DNA of 64,000 nt from Gammaproteobacteria bacterium (GCA_965243205.1 CBDEUK010000002.1:1216001-1280000); one strand, 5' to 3'. Positions 1-9,578 are shown, numbered from the stretch's first letter. Made by a program: numbers and translations. Notes: generated by a model from the sequence alone, not told the origin.

Positions 1-4
1 CATT

Positions 5-1366
5 ATGGATTGTGAAGATTCAGTCGCATCTGTTGATACCGAAGACAAACTAAAAGTATATCGCAATTGGTTAGGCTTAATGAAAGGAACATTAGTTGAA
101 ACGGTTACGAAGGAAGACGACACTTTTGAACGTAAACTAGAACCTGACAGAGAATATACGGATCCTTATGGCAAACCTATAAGCTGTCATGGTCGTAGTT
201 TAATGTTAGTACGTAATGTAGGCATGCATTTAAATACCGATGCCGTTTTACTTAACGATGAACCAATTCCAGAAACCTTGTTGGATTGCATGGTCACAGC
301 ACTTGCCGCTAAACATCAAATACTAGGTAACACTAAACATAAAAATTCTCGTGCAGGTTCAGTGTATATTGTTAAACCAAAAATGCATGGGCCAGATGAA
401 GTTGCATTAGCTAATGAATTGTTTGCAATGGTTGAGGACGCTCTTGATATGGATCGCTATACATTAAAAATGGGGATTATGGATGAAGAACGAAGGACCT
501 CATTAAATTTAAAAGCGTGTATTCATTCGGCTAAACAACGTGTGGTCTTTATTAATACGGGTTTCTTGGATCGTACTGGTGATGATATTCATACCAGCAT
601 GGAAGCTGGACCTATGGTACCTAAAGAAGAGATTAAACATGCTGAATGGTTAAGTGCTTATGAAGCCTCAAACGTTCAAGTCGGTTTAGATTGCGGCTTA
701 ATGGGTAAAGCACAAATTGGTAAGGGTATGTATGCCATGCCTGATCTCTTAAACAATATGATGAAAACTAAAATTAGTCATTTAAAAGCAGGGGCAAATA
801 CTTCCTGGGTACCATCACCTATCGCCGCCACATTGCATGCCATTCATTATCATCGTTTAAATGTTCAATCGCGGCAATATGCTTTAATGCAAACACTGCA
901 TGAAAATTATATTGATGGCATATTAACGATTCCATTAATGGATCCTGATCGTAAACTGACCGAAAATGAAATTCGTCATGAAATCGAAAACAATGCTCAA
1001 GGTATTTTAGGCTATGTTTCTCGATGGGTAGGACAAGGCATCGGTTGTTCTAAAGTGCCTGATATCAATGATATTGCATTAATGGAAGATTGTGCGACTT
1101 TACGAATCTCTAGCCAACACATAGCAAACTGGTTACATCATGGTATCGCGACTAAAGACGATGTTGAAACTGCAATGAAACGTATGGCAGTAATTGTTGA
1201 TAGACAAAATCGTAATGATCCAAATTATCAAGCAATGTCAGATAAGTTTGAAAACAGTATTCCATTCCAAGCCGCAATGGATTTAGTGTTTAAAGGCAGA
1301 CAACAAGCCAACGGTTATACAGAATTCATTTTGTATGAGCGTCGTAAAGAAATGAAGGCGGTTTAA
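5..1366 (+). CDS. glcB: Malate synthase G, C-terminal part (5' end outside window)
   Basis: Motifs [71 protein letters not shown]. Confidence 0.95.
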   Translation: MDCEDSVASVDTEDKLKVYRNWLGLMKGTLVETVTKEDDTFERKLEPDREYTDPYGKPISCHGRSLMLVRNVGMHLNTDAVLLNDEPIPETLLDCMVTALAAKHQILGNTKHKNSRAGSVYIVKPKMHGPDEVALANELFAMVEDALDMDRYTLKMGIMDEERRTSLNLKACIHSAKQRVVFINTGFLDRTGDDIHTSMEAGPMVPKEEIKHAEWLSAYEASNVQVGLDCGLMGKAQIGKGMYAMPDLLNNMMKTKISHLKAGANTSWVPSPIAATLHAIHYHRLNVQSRQYALMQTLHENYIDGILTIPLMDPDRKLTENEIRHEIENNAQGILGYVSRWVGQGIGCSKVPDINDIALMEDCATLRISSQHIANWLHHGIATKDDVETAMKRMAVIVDRQNRNDPNYQAMSDKFENSIPFQAAMDLVFKGRQQANGYTEFILYERRKEMKAV

Positions 1367-1380
1367 TCACCGCCTTTTTA
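1355..1380 (+). terminator. Rho-independent terminator after glcB
   Basis: AAGGCGGT-ttaatc-ACCGCCTT hairpin followed by a T run. Confidence 0.7.
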
Positions 1381-1559
1381 TAGCTTATTATACATTTGCG
1401 TTAATTCTATAGTATGTAATAATCGCGCCCCATAATGACCTCGAACCTATAGAAGATTGAATAGGTTTCTCAAGTTTCTTTTTCATCCCTCAAAAAACGG
1501 CTTGATTATTGCTCTATGCGTAATCAATTGGCTACGTATGCGTTACTTATAGGAATCCC

Positions 1560-3080
1560 ATGCAAGAATTAACACCTGAAAATATAAAAACAAATTTATT
1601 AAGTGGTTTAACCGTTGCGTTAGCAATGGTACCTGAGGCTATTGCCTTTGCTTTAATCGCTCATGTATCACCTTTGACAGGACTCTATGCTGCTTTTTTA
1701 ATTTGCTTAATCACATCAGTTATCGGTGGAAGACCTGGTATGATTTCAGGTGCTGCGGGGGCATTAGCCGTGGTTATGGTGGCATTAGTTGTAGAACATG
1801 GAGTCGAATATTTATTCGCTGCGATTGTATTAATGGGTGTGTTTCAACTCATTTTTGCCGCTTGTCGGTTAGGAAAGTTTATTCGTATGGTACCCCACCC
1901 TGTCATGCTTGGGTTTGTGAATGGCTTAGCTATGGTCATTTTTCTAGCACAGTTTAATCATTTCAAAATAGAAAATGAAAATGGTATAAACCAATGGATG
2001 TCGGGTATGCCGCTTTATACCATGGCAATGTTAATAGCTATTACGATTGCTATTATTTATTTGCTACCCAAATTTACTAAAGCCATTCCATCAACCCTCG
2101 CTGCTATCTTAGTTGTTTCATTAGCTGTAATAGGTTTAGACATTGATACCAAAACCGTTGGCGACTTAGGTTCGATCGGTGGAGGCTTACCAACTTTTCA
2201 TCTTCCAGATGTTCCGTTTAATCTAGAAACCTTAAAAATTGTTTTGCCTTATTCATTGATACTCGCTGCTGTGGGATTAATCGAAACTTTATTAACCTTA
2301 AACTTGATCGATGATATGACTGACACGCGAGGAATGCCAAATACAGAGTCGATGGCACAAGGTATTGCGAATGTCGTCACAGGATTATTTGGTGGCATGG
2401 GCGGTTGTGCGATGATTGGTCAAAGTATGATTAATATTAACAACGGCGCCTTACATCGTTTATCAGGAATCGCTACCGCTGTATTTCTTTTATCATTTAT
2501 TTTATTCGCATCAACCTGGATTGAGATGATTCCATTAGCAGCATTAATTGGTGTGATGTTTGTTGTTGCAGAAAAAACATTTGAATGGGGAAGTTTTCGT
2601 TTATTCGGTCGCGTTCCTAAACCCGATATCGTTGTTGGTTTATTAGTCGCAATTATTACTGTGTTTGCAGACTTAGCGATTGCCGTGATCGTTGGTGTTA
2701 TCTTCTCAGCCTTAGTGTTTGCATGGGAACATGCCAAGCAAATCAATGTTAAATCATCAACTGATGGCAAAGGCTGGAAAAACTATGAACTGAATGGTTC
2801 TTTATTCTTTGCCTCAGTAACGGAGTTTCAAAGTTTATTCACTCCGAAAGAAGATCCAAACGATGTCGTCATTGATTTTCAAAATGCCAAGGTAATGGAT
2901 CACTCAGCGTTAGAAGCCATTGATAACTTAGCAGCAAAATATATTGAACTCGGTAAAAGTTTGCACCTAAAACATCTCAGTGCTGATTGTTTAGAATTAT
3001 TGGATAAAGCCAAAGGCATGATCGAAATAAATGTGTTAGAAGATCCTAAGTATCATATAGCGGATGATAAGTTAGGTTAA
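1560..3080 (+). CDS. SulP/SLC26-family anion transporter with C-terminal STAS domain
   Basis: LSGLTVALAMVPEAIAF, GGRPGMISGAAGA, GGCAMIGQS; STAS-like LNGSLFFAS..IDF...MDHSA. Confidence 0.92.
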   Translation: MQELTPENIKTNLLSGLTVALAMVPEAIAFALIAHVSPLTGLYAAFLICLITSVIGGRPGMISGAAGALAVVMVALVVEHGVEYLFAAIVLMGVFQLIFAACRLGKFIRMVPHPVMLGFVNGLAMVIFLAQFNHFKIENENGINQWMSGMPLYTMAMLIAITIAIIYLLPKFTKAIPSTLAAILVVSLAVIGLDIDTKTVGDLGSIGGGLPTFHLPDVPFNLETLKIVLPYSLILAAVGLIETLLTLNLIDDMTDTRGMPNTESMAQGIANVVTGLFGGMGGCAMIGQSMININNGALHRLSGIATAVFLLSFILFASTWIEMIPLAALIGVMFVVAEKTFEWGSFRLFGRVPKPDIVVGLLVAIITVFADLAIAVIVGVIFSALVFAWEHAKQINVKSSTDGKGWKNYELNGSLFFASVTEFQSLFTPKEDPNDVVIDFQNAKVMDHSALEAIDNLAAKYIELGKSLHLKHLSADCLELLDKAKGMIEINVLEDPKYHIADDKLG

Positions 3081-3130
3081 AATATCAATTGAATATAGAT
3101 TTCAATTATATACTTACTATAATATAACTA

Positions 3131-3228
3131 CATTTTTAAAACAGGAGGTTACAAAATGCCAAAACTAACTAATTACATTATACGTAACTTATTCCTTCTA
3201 ATATTCTCATATAACGCATTGTCATAGC
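3131..3228 (+). promoter_or_regulatory. Leader/attI-like module heading cassette array A (R core changed GTT>GTC)
   Basis: 48/65 nt identical, ungapped, to 60412-60476. Ends in tcaTATAA-cgcattG^TCATAGC. GTCATAGC is one mismatch from the reverse complement of GCTATAAC (3713) after the first cassette gene. Confidence 0.65.
3156..3227 (+). CDS. Putative 23-aa leader peptide MPKLTNYIIRNLFLLIFSYNALS spanning the attI-like site
   Basis: AGGAGGT SD at 3143-3149, ATG 3156, stop 6 nt before the first cassette ATG; homologous frame at 60437-60496. Confidence 0.5.
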   Translation: MPKLTNYIIRNLFLLIFSYNALS

Positions 3229-3233
3229 TAAAT

Positions 3234-3710
3234 ATGAGTGAATATTTTCATTACATTAATCATTCCAAAAAACAACGTTTTAGCATTGGTGAATTTGGAA
3301 ATTCGGATAAATTTTCTGGAATTGGATATGGTCTAAGCGCTAGAGCATTTGCACTTTTATTAACGGAATCAAATGACCATGATATTAAAATGAAAGATAC
3401 GTTGTTTGGAAGCTGGATTGGTGATGAAATTCAATGTATAGGTGATCATGGCAACATACAAGATAAATATTTTGGCTATGATGAAATCATATTTGAAATT
3501 GTGACCATGTTGATATCTGCTGGAGATTTAGAAGAAATTATTGAAGCATCAAAATTGGATAATGGGCTTTTTTCAAAACTTTGTGAATATGTATTTATGT
3601 CAAATGATAATGTCCTTGAAAACTATATTTGTAAAGCGCATGGTTTAACTTGGAAGAAAAAATATAAGGAGTTAACACCGAATTATATAAAAAATAATAA
3701 CGAGTATTAA
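3234..3710 (+). CDS. Hypothetical protein (cassette A1)
   Basis: 158-aa ORF between the attI-like site and an attC-like site; no family recognised. Confidence 0.7.
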   Translation: MSEYFHYINHSKKQRFSIGEFGNSDKFSGIGYGLSARAFALLLTESNDHDIKMKDTLFGSWIGDEIQCIGDHGNIQDKYFGYDEIIFEIVTMLISAGDLEEIIEASKLDNGLFSKLCEYVFMSNDNVLENYICKAHGLTWKKKYKELTPNYIKNNNEY

Positions 3711-3712
3711 AT

Positions 3713-3770
3713 GCTATAACTGTTTAATACAGTCGATTTTAGTATGATCAGCTGAATTTAAACTTTATAA
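3713..3770 (+). repeat. Degenerate attC site
   Basis: GCTATAAC-tgttt-AATACAGTCGA...GCTGAATT-taaac-TTTATAA; same layout as attC 60846-60903, with the R' G replaced by T. Confidence 0.65.
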
Positions 3771-3865
3771 CTATAAATACATATGGATTACTTATATCAA
3801 AGAGCTAATGTACCTAATGCAATATTATGTTCCAATAAATTGCGAAATTAGGCAGAAGAAACATC

Positions 3866-4216
3866 ATGAAAGATTTCACACTAGAACCAATTTCAGATAT
3901 TGAAGTGTTTTTAACTCAATTTTTTACAAACGGTATGTTTATTTTATACGCCTTATCAGTAATTATATTTTTAGTAGCTTGTTTTATTCTTATTTTCAAA
4001 AGCCAAGCTAATGGAAGATACTTAATGCTATATGGTCTTTTAATTTATATAGTATCTAGTATTATTTGGTTCTTAAAATATCCACCTAATAATATTACTG
4101 ATTATAATGAATCAGTTGTATTACCTCTGCCTATGTATATGTTTATGATTTCATTATCCATATTTGTATTTATTATAGGTTTTTTACGATTTGTACTTTG
4201 GGCAATAAGACGCTAG
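3866..4216 (+). CDS. Hypothetical membrane protein (cassette-like)
   Basis: 116 aa with three hydrophobic segments; preceded by ATTAGGC (R'-like). Confidence 0.65.
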   Translation: MKDFTLEPISDIEVFLTQFFTNGMFILYALSVIIFLVACFILIFKSQANGRYLMLYGLLIYIVSSIIWFLKYPPNNITDYNESVVLPLPMYMFMISLSIFVFIIGFLRFVLWAIRR

Positions 4217-4225
4217 TTATTCACA

Positions 4226-4657
4226 ATGTTGAAAATTGGATGTTCAATAATAAGTCTATGGGCCGTGTTAAATTTGTTAGCATCCCTAATTCTTGTGTTA
4301 ATTCCAGTGCTGGGTTTGGGCGAGTCTGCTCCAGCATTGTTAGAGTCTCTTTCCACTGCCACAATAAAAAATATAGACCCAAAAGTTTTATCTAATGCTA
4401 ATTCAATTGCAGTCTATGCAAATACACTGAATATTGCTGCTTCAATATCGATACTCTTTATTGTGTGGTTTGGTGTTTATAATAAAAAAAAGTGGTCGCT
4501 AGCTGCATTATTTTTAATATTAAGTTTAATGCTAAGCGCTGGTTTTTTTTCTGATTATGTATCTAAGCATGATCATATATTCATTAATATAGTATCTGGT
4601 ACAATAATATTTATTGGATTGCTATTTTCAATCTTAGGTATTTACAAACCAAAATGA
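4226..4657 (+). CDS. Hypothetical membrane protein (cassette)
   Basis: 143 aa, about four TM segments; flanked by GTTATTCA and TGAATAAC. Confidence 0.7.
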   Translation: MLKIGCSIISLWAVLNLLASLILVLIPVLGLGESAPALLESLSTATIKNIDPKVLSNANSIAVYANTLNIAASISILFIVWFGVYNKKKWSLAALFLILSLMLSAGFFSDYVSKHDHIFINIVSGTIIFIGLLFSILGIYKPK

Positions 4658-5586
4658 ATAACAATTATTCTATTCCAAAGTTAATATGGTGGTTTCAATT
4701 CAATCTCTATAGTAATAAGACAATATGTAATTTAAAATTTTTTTATTGTTTTTTGATTTTATGTACCTTAACTGGCTGTTCTGCTTTCAGACCATTAGAT
4801 AATGATTCTCCAGTTCGTGAAGATTTCAAGATCCTTCAAGAAGATAGCCGTATTTTATACAAGCCATCTGCTATCCAGAATGCTCGAACTTTAATCCAAT
4901 ATATTGACTCTTCAATTTCGGCTGTAGAACAAGTACATGGCGAAAAGTTTTCTAAACAAGTAATTATTCATGTTTGTGATACCGAAGAGTGTTTTCAACA
5001 ATATACTCATAATCATTCCACAATTGCAGCAGCTGTTAGCGAAAATGGTTTATTTTTGTCGCCTAGAGCATTTCGAGAAAACCAACAGCAGTACTTCTTA
5101 ACTCATGAACTATCACACCTTCATTTGTTTCAACAGATTTCTTTATTACGTACTTGGTATATCCCACAATGGTTTCATGAAGGACTCGCAACTATGGCTG
5201 CAGATGGTGGTGGCGGACATAAAGTAAGTAAAAAAGATGCCATTGAATACATTCAATCAGGAAAACATTTTATACCAATTCATTCTTCTGGCTTATTTGG
5301 TGAAGGAGGAGCATTTAGTAATCGATGGCCGTTAAACTATACTGCTCCAAACGATGATAAATTTCTGCAAAATATGAATTATCGGCAAGCATCGCTATTC
5401 TTAGAATATTTGTCTAAAGATAATCAGATTCAAAATGTTCTGAGAGACATTGAAAAAGGCGAAAGTTTTGAGCGCGCTTTTTTTAAAGCCTTTGATAAAA
5501 AACCAAATGAGGTATGGGATAAGTTTATACAACAATTAAACTCTAACAAGAACATTAAAAATCATTTAAAAAATGATGCAGGTTAG
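4654..5586 (+). CDS. Putative zinc metallopeptidase (gluzincin / peptidase MA-like) lipoprotein; true start uncertain
   Basis: HELSH (HExxH) plus PQWFHEGLA; lipobox-like LTGC; the first ~20 codons overlap an attC remnant. Confidence 0.7.
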   Translation: MNNNYSIPKLIWWFQFNLYSNKTICNLKFFYCFLILCTLTGCSAFRPLDNDSPVREDFKILQEDSRILYKPSAIQNARTLIQYIDSSISAVEQVHGEKFSKQVIIHVCDTEECFQQYTHNHSTIAAAVSENGLFLSPRAFRENQQQYFLTHELSHLHLFQQISLLRTWYIPQWFHEGLATMAADGGGGHKVSKKDAIEYIQSGKHFIPIHSSGLFGEGGAFSNRWPLNYTAPNDDKFLQNMNYRQASLFLEYLSKDNQIQNVLRDIEKGESFERAFFKAFDKKPNEVWDKFIQQLNSNKNIKNHLKNDAG

Positions 5587-5640
5587 ATTTATAAAATATT
5601 ACTTACATTTATATCGTAGCCTTAAGGAAATATTAAATAA

Positions 5641-6021
5641 ATGAACAAGATATTACTAATATTAATTTTAACTACATTGTCTAGTTGTGCTTCTATAAAC
5701 ACACCAAGTTCTTCTCTTATAGATAAAGTATCTGTTGTAACAGTTGGTGAAACTTCTGGTGTGCAAGAAGAGCATATTGTTTTCATTCCAGCAAATACTG
5801 AATTTCCTATCCAGTTTTCCCTAAAAGGTAATATTTTCAACAAAGATTTATCATCCACGGTAATGGCTAGTTTCAAAAAAGATCTCTATCTATATAAATA
5901 TTGGGCAAGTCTGGATGGTAAAAATTGGGTAAATTCACATCAGTTAATAGATGTTAAACCATCAGGAGGATTTGATAAATCAGGTGGTAAAGTCGAAGTT
6001 CAATTAGATTTAGCTCAATAA
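5641..6021 (+). CDS. Hypothetical lipoprotein
   Basis: MNKILLILILTTLSSC lipobox. Confidence 0.7.
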   Translation: MNKILLILILTTLSSCASINTPSSSLIDKVSVVTVGETSGVQEEHIVFIPANTEFPIQFSLKGNIFNKDLSSTVMASFKKDLYLYKYWASLDGKNWVNSHQLIDVKPSGGFDKSGGKVEVQLDLAQ

Positions 6022-6029
6022 ATGAAGCT

Positions 6030-6383
6030 ATGATGAGTATATTGCTAATATTTCTAATAGCATTTATTATTTTTAGTTCTTTTGTAATTGCGTCTTATCC
6101 TTTTTTAAAATGGTCAGGTGTAAAAACTAATCTATGGAGTAGATCTTTGAAGTTTGGTGCGGCTATTTCAGGAATTTGGCTCTTAACCCAAATCCCATTC
6201 AAAATTATTTTCGGCGGTTTTTTTGGACTAATTTTTGGCTTTTTAGCAACTTATTTTTACATCAAGGCTAAACTTGATTTAACATCAGGTAAAAATCTTA
6301 TAATTGTTTTTTTGTTACCAATTTTAGCGGGGATTATTGCAACTCCGTTATTAATAACAGTGTTTAAAAAATTTTCAACATAA
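6030..6383 (+). CDS. Hypothetical membrane protein (cassette-like)
   Basis: 117-aa hydrophobic ORF whose stop lies within an ACATAAC R'' box. Confidence 0.65.
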   Translation: MMSILLIFLIAFIIFSSFVIASYPFLKWSGVKTNLWSRSLKFGAAISGIWLLTQIPFKIIFGGFFGLIFGFLATYFYIKAKLDLTSGKNLIIVFLLPILAGIIATPLLITVFKKFST

Positions 6384-6401
6384 CCAGTCATTCCAGTCAA
6401 C
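6378..6401 (+). repeat. attC 5' half (truncated)
   Basis: ACATAAC-cagt-CATTCCAGTCAAC resembles the R''/L'' of 60846 and 62680; no 3' half seen. Confidence 0.6.
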
Positions 6402-6424
6402 TTCCTATGTCTACTTAATTTAAT

Positions 6425-6922
6425 ATGAATGATGAAATAATAGCATGGGACGGCAAGTCTACTGATGATATTAGTTCAGTGTATGAAAAGTATCATAGCA
6501 AACCTAACTTTATAGATAATATTCTCTCTCAAATACATGATGTATCTATCCAGAAAGGTGGTACATGGTTGTTGAAAAAATGGTTAGAGTCAGGAAATAA
6601 GCTTAAAGTTGAACATATAAAAATAATATATGATTCACTACATGTATTGGAGCATTGGGAATCTAAACTTCATGTACTACAAATTTTACAATATATGCCT
6701 ATAGATAGCGTTCAAAAAACCAAAGTAGAATCATTTCTTAGAATAACATTAACAGATGATAATAAATTTATAAGGGCTTGGTCTTATAATGGGTTTTATG
6801 AGCTAGCTTCTCAACATCCAGAATACATGGAAGAGGTTAAACAATTTTTCGAGATTGCGTTACAAGATGAAGCCGCTTCTGTAAAAGCTAGAATTCGGAA
6901 TATAATAAAAAAAGGTTTTTAG
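6425..6922 (+). CDS. Hypothetical helical (HEAT/ARM-like) protein
   Basis: 165 aa; NKFIRAWSYNGF and EAASVKARIRNI resemble helical-repeat proteins. Confidence 0.6.
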   Translation: MNDEIIAWDGKSTDDISSVYEKYHSKPNFIDNILSQIHDVSIQKGGTWLLKKWLESGNKLKVEHIKIIYDSLHVLEHWESKLHVLQILQYMPIDSVQKTKVESFLRITLTDDNKFIRAWSYNGFYELASQHPEYMEEVKQFFEIALQDEAASVKARIRNIIKKGF

Positions 6923-7037
6923 AAAAAATATATAAAGGCGAAGATTTTATGACTGCTTTTAATATAAATAAAACTATCATCACATTACAAAAAGCAAGTC
7001 ACTAATTACAACTTTATTCCGATAGTTAAAATTAATA

Positions 7038-8816
7038 TTAATTAATAATTTGTTGTTTAATATCGACGATCATATCCAGCAACTCTTCTAGAGTATTATC
7101 ATCAATACCATGACTGGATAATACTGAAACAAAATGTTGCACTAAAATTTTCCAGTCTTGTTCATCTATCTGCATATCATTATGCACTTCATTCATCTTC
7201 CTGCCAGTATATTTGTAAGGCCCTCCACTCATATCGCATATGTAATCAACCAAGTATTTTTTTTCCATTCTTATGCTATCTATTCCTCTATTTTGCCAAT
7301 GTCTACCTAATTGAGGATCTGAGCGTAATTTAGCTAATAAATCATCAATGAACTGTGTGATTTTAGTAATCCCACCAATTTTAGAATAAAGCGAATTTTT
7401 TTCTGGCTTTGAAATATTTAAAGATTTTATTCTTGAACTTAACGTTGACGAATTCATTCCTAGAAGCTTGGCTGCTCCATTTTCACCTGAAACACGCCAT
7501 GCCGTTCTTTCTAATGCATTAATAATATTATTTCGTTCAATTTGTTTAAGAATGATATCTGGAATAATCGTTTGTTTGTTTGAGTGGCTGATTCCATTAA
7601 AGTCAGTGCTAATTTGTTTCAGTGCTTGTTGAGGTAAAGCAAGATCAATTCTTAAGTGACCGTCGGATAAAATCACAGCTCTCTCAATCACATTTTTTAA
7701 TTCACGAATATTGCCAGGCCAGTCATAGTCTTGAAGCATGTTCAATTGCTCTTCAGTAAAACTTCCTATTTGTTTATCAAACTCTGTTTTTGCTATTTCA
7801 ACAAAATACTGTGCAAGCGGAACAATATCATCTTTTCTTTTCCTAAGAGGTGGCACCGTAATTGGAAACACACTAAGTCGATAGTAAAGATCCTCACGAA
7901 AACTCCCTTGTTCCACTTCGTGTTCTAAGTCACGGTTAGTCGCAGCAATAATACGAACATTAACTTCACGCGTTACGTTTTCCCCTACACGTTCAAATGA
8001 TTTTTGTTGAATTGAACGAAGTAATTTACTTTGTAAATCAATTGGAATTTCGCCGACTTCATCTAAAAACAAGGTTCCATTATGCGCAAGTTCAAAACGT
8101 CCGATTCTATCTTGAACTGCACCTGAAAAAGCACCTTTAACATGTCCAAAAAATTCACTTTCAAATAGTTCAGAAGGGATGGATGCGCAATTAACCGTTA
8201 TTAACGGCGCTTCTTTTCGATTACTCTTTTCATGGATAAGCCGTGCTACCATCTCTTTACCAGAACCTGACTCTCCTACAATGAGTACAGATGCATCTGT
8301 ATTAGCAACGGATTTAATCCTTTCAACCATTTGTAATAATGCAGGACTAGCACCGACCATGTCTCCAACATCTCGAATCTGTAACTTTTCTTCCCTTAAA
8401 TAATTTCGCTCCATGACCAGTTTTGAATTTAATTTGTCCAGTTCCTTTAAAGCACTTTCTTTTTCTTTTACATTTTCATAATACTTAGACACATTAATAA
8501 TGGTCCAAAGAATATCAAAATCATTTTTATGTTTATTTATGACACGTGTGTAAGCCAATAATCTTGAGGTTATATCTTGGAAATTAAATTTAAGTTCGAT
8601 TTGTCCTTGATTTAAAGAGCGTTCGTTTTTTAAAAATAATTCTAATTTCTTTAACGGCTTGAAGTGTTCAGTCATATTAGAAGCCATTAATTGTTCTGAA
8701 TCTGCATTCAATTGCTCTATGAACATATGATTAGAATTTTTAATCACACCTTTGCTATCAGTCACACAAATCATAATCGGCAGTGAATTTATATCTATCG
8801 GCTGCATATCTTTCAT
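7038..8816 (-). CDS. Sigma54-dependent enhancer-binding protein: PAS-like / AAA+ / HTH / C-terminal truncated-hemoglobin domain
   Basis: GESGSGKE, ESEFFGHVKGAFSGA, GTLFLDEVGE, FREDLYYRL, WPGNIRELKN, GAAKLLGM; then SLYSKIGG...MSGGPYKYTGRKMNEVH (group I trHb pattern). Confidence 0.9.
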   Translation of the reverse strand: MKDMQPIDINSLPIMICVTDSKGVIKNSNHMFIEQLNADSEQLMASNMTEHFKPLKKLELFLKNERSLNQGQIELKFNFQDITSRLLAYTRVINKHKNDFDILWTIINVSKYYENVKEKESALKELDKLNSKLVMERNYLREEKLQIRDVGDMVGASPALLQMVERIKSVANTDASVLIVGESGSGKEMVARLIHEKSNRKEAPLITVNCASIPSELFESEFFGHVKGAFSGAVQDRIGRFELAHNGTLFLDEVGEIPIDLQSKLLRSIQQKSFERVGENVTREVNVRIIAATNRDLEHEVEQGSFREDLYYRLSVFPITVPPLRKRKDDIVPLAQYFVEIAKTEFDKQIGSFTEEQLNMLQDYDWPGNIRELKNVIERAVILSDGHLRIDLALPQQALKQISTDFNGISHSNKQTIIPDIILKQIERNNIINALERTAWRVSGENGAAKLLGMNSSTLSSRIKSLNISKPEKNSLYSKIGGITKITQFIDDLLAKLRSDPQLGRHWQNRGIDSIRMEKKYLVDYICDMSGGPYKYTGRKMNEVHNDMQIDEQDWKILVQHFVSVLSSHGIDDNTLEELLDMIVDIKQQIIN

Positions 8817-9021
8817 ATTTGTTTTATGTCTTTTTTAATAAATTATCTAATTATAGTCATTATTTTTAATAAATTTTTTTATTAAAAATGGCAAAAAATA
8901 CTATTAAAAATACAGAAATATTAAATATTTTGTTAAATCTAATGAAAAATATATTTCTGATTTAATAAGCAAATAATCTATAAAGCATTGAATTATATAT
9001 ATTAATTTCAAAAAAACTGGC

Positions 9022-9038
9022 CTGGCATACAGTCTGCA
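9022..9038 (+). promoter_or_regulatory. Sigma54 (-24/-12) promoter
   Basis: CTGGCATACAGTCTGCA has exact GG-N10-GC spacing; divergent from a sigma54 activator gene. Confidence 0.8.
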
Positions 9039-9069
9039 AAATGATCAATGCAATTATTGATAGATAATA

Positions 9070-9555
9070 TTGGAGAAAGTAATTATGAAAAAAATTCAAA
9101 AATTTATTTTTTGTTTATTAGCGTTAGGTATTGTGAATGCCTACGCTCATGAAATGGGTTCAAATATAAAACCCATTGCATTAGGAGCTGATCAAACCAT
9201 TATTGATTTTGACAAAATAGTTTGGTCGCCGCTCGAAGTTGATGGCCTTGATAAAGGCGCTGAGATTGCGGTTATTCGTGGTGACTTAAGCAAAGACGGT
9301 AGTGAAGTTATCATAAAAACGCCTGCTGGCTATTATGTAAACATGCATTCCCATACCAGTGATGAAACCTATATTTGGCTTCATGGTGCTTATACACTGA
9401 TTAGCGAAAATGGTAAGAAACATAAATTCCCCAGTGGCAAAGGCTATATTAGTTTTCCTGGAAATGCTCCTAAACATGCTTTGACATGTGATGCAAAAGA
9501 CTACTGCTTGTTGTACGTAAAATGGTCTAGACCTTTCGACATCATATATGACTAA
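9070..9555 (+). CDS. Exported cupin-fold protein (DUF4437-like); likely start MKKIQ at ~9085
   Basis: Signal peptide ending VNAYA; cupin motif PAGY...HSHTSDE...PG..KH. Confidence 0.75.
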   Translation: MEKVIMKKIQKFIFCLLALGIVNAYAHEMGSNIKPIALGADQTIIDFDKIVWSPLEVDGLDKGAEIAVIRGDLSKDGSEVIIKTPAGYYVNMHSHTSDETYIWLHGAYTLISENGKKHKFPSGKGYISFPGNAPKHALTCDAKDYCLLYVKWSRPFDIIYD

Positions 9556-9578
9556 GAAAATGACAAGGAATAGATAAT

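Larger units (their letters stand above)
3221..6922 (+). mobile_element. Decayed integron-type gene cassette array A (no adjacent integrase)
   Basis: Seven short, co-oriented, unrelated AT-rich ORFs; attC remnants near 3713, 4655, 5541, 6378; complementary cassette ends GTTATTCA (4216) / TGAATAAC (4655). Confidence 0.7.

Noticed and set aside
3081-3233. Integrase gene or remnant upstream of array A (likewise 60317-60490)
   Set aside because: Intervals are under 180 bp and show no tyrosine-recombinase motif.
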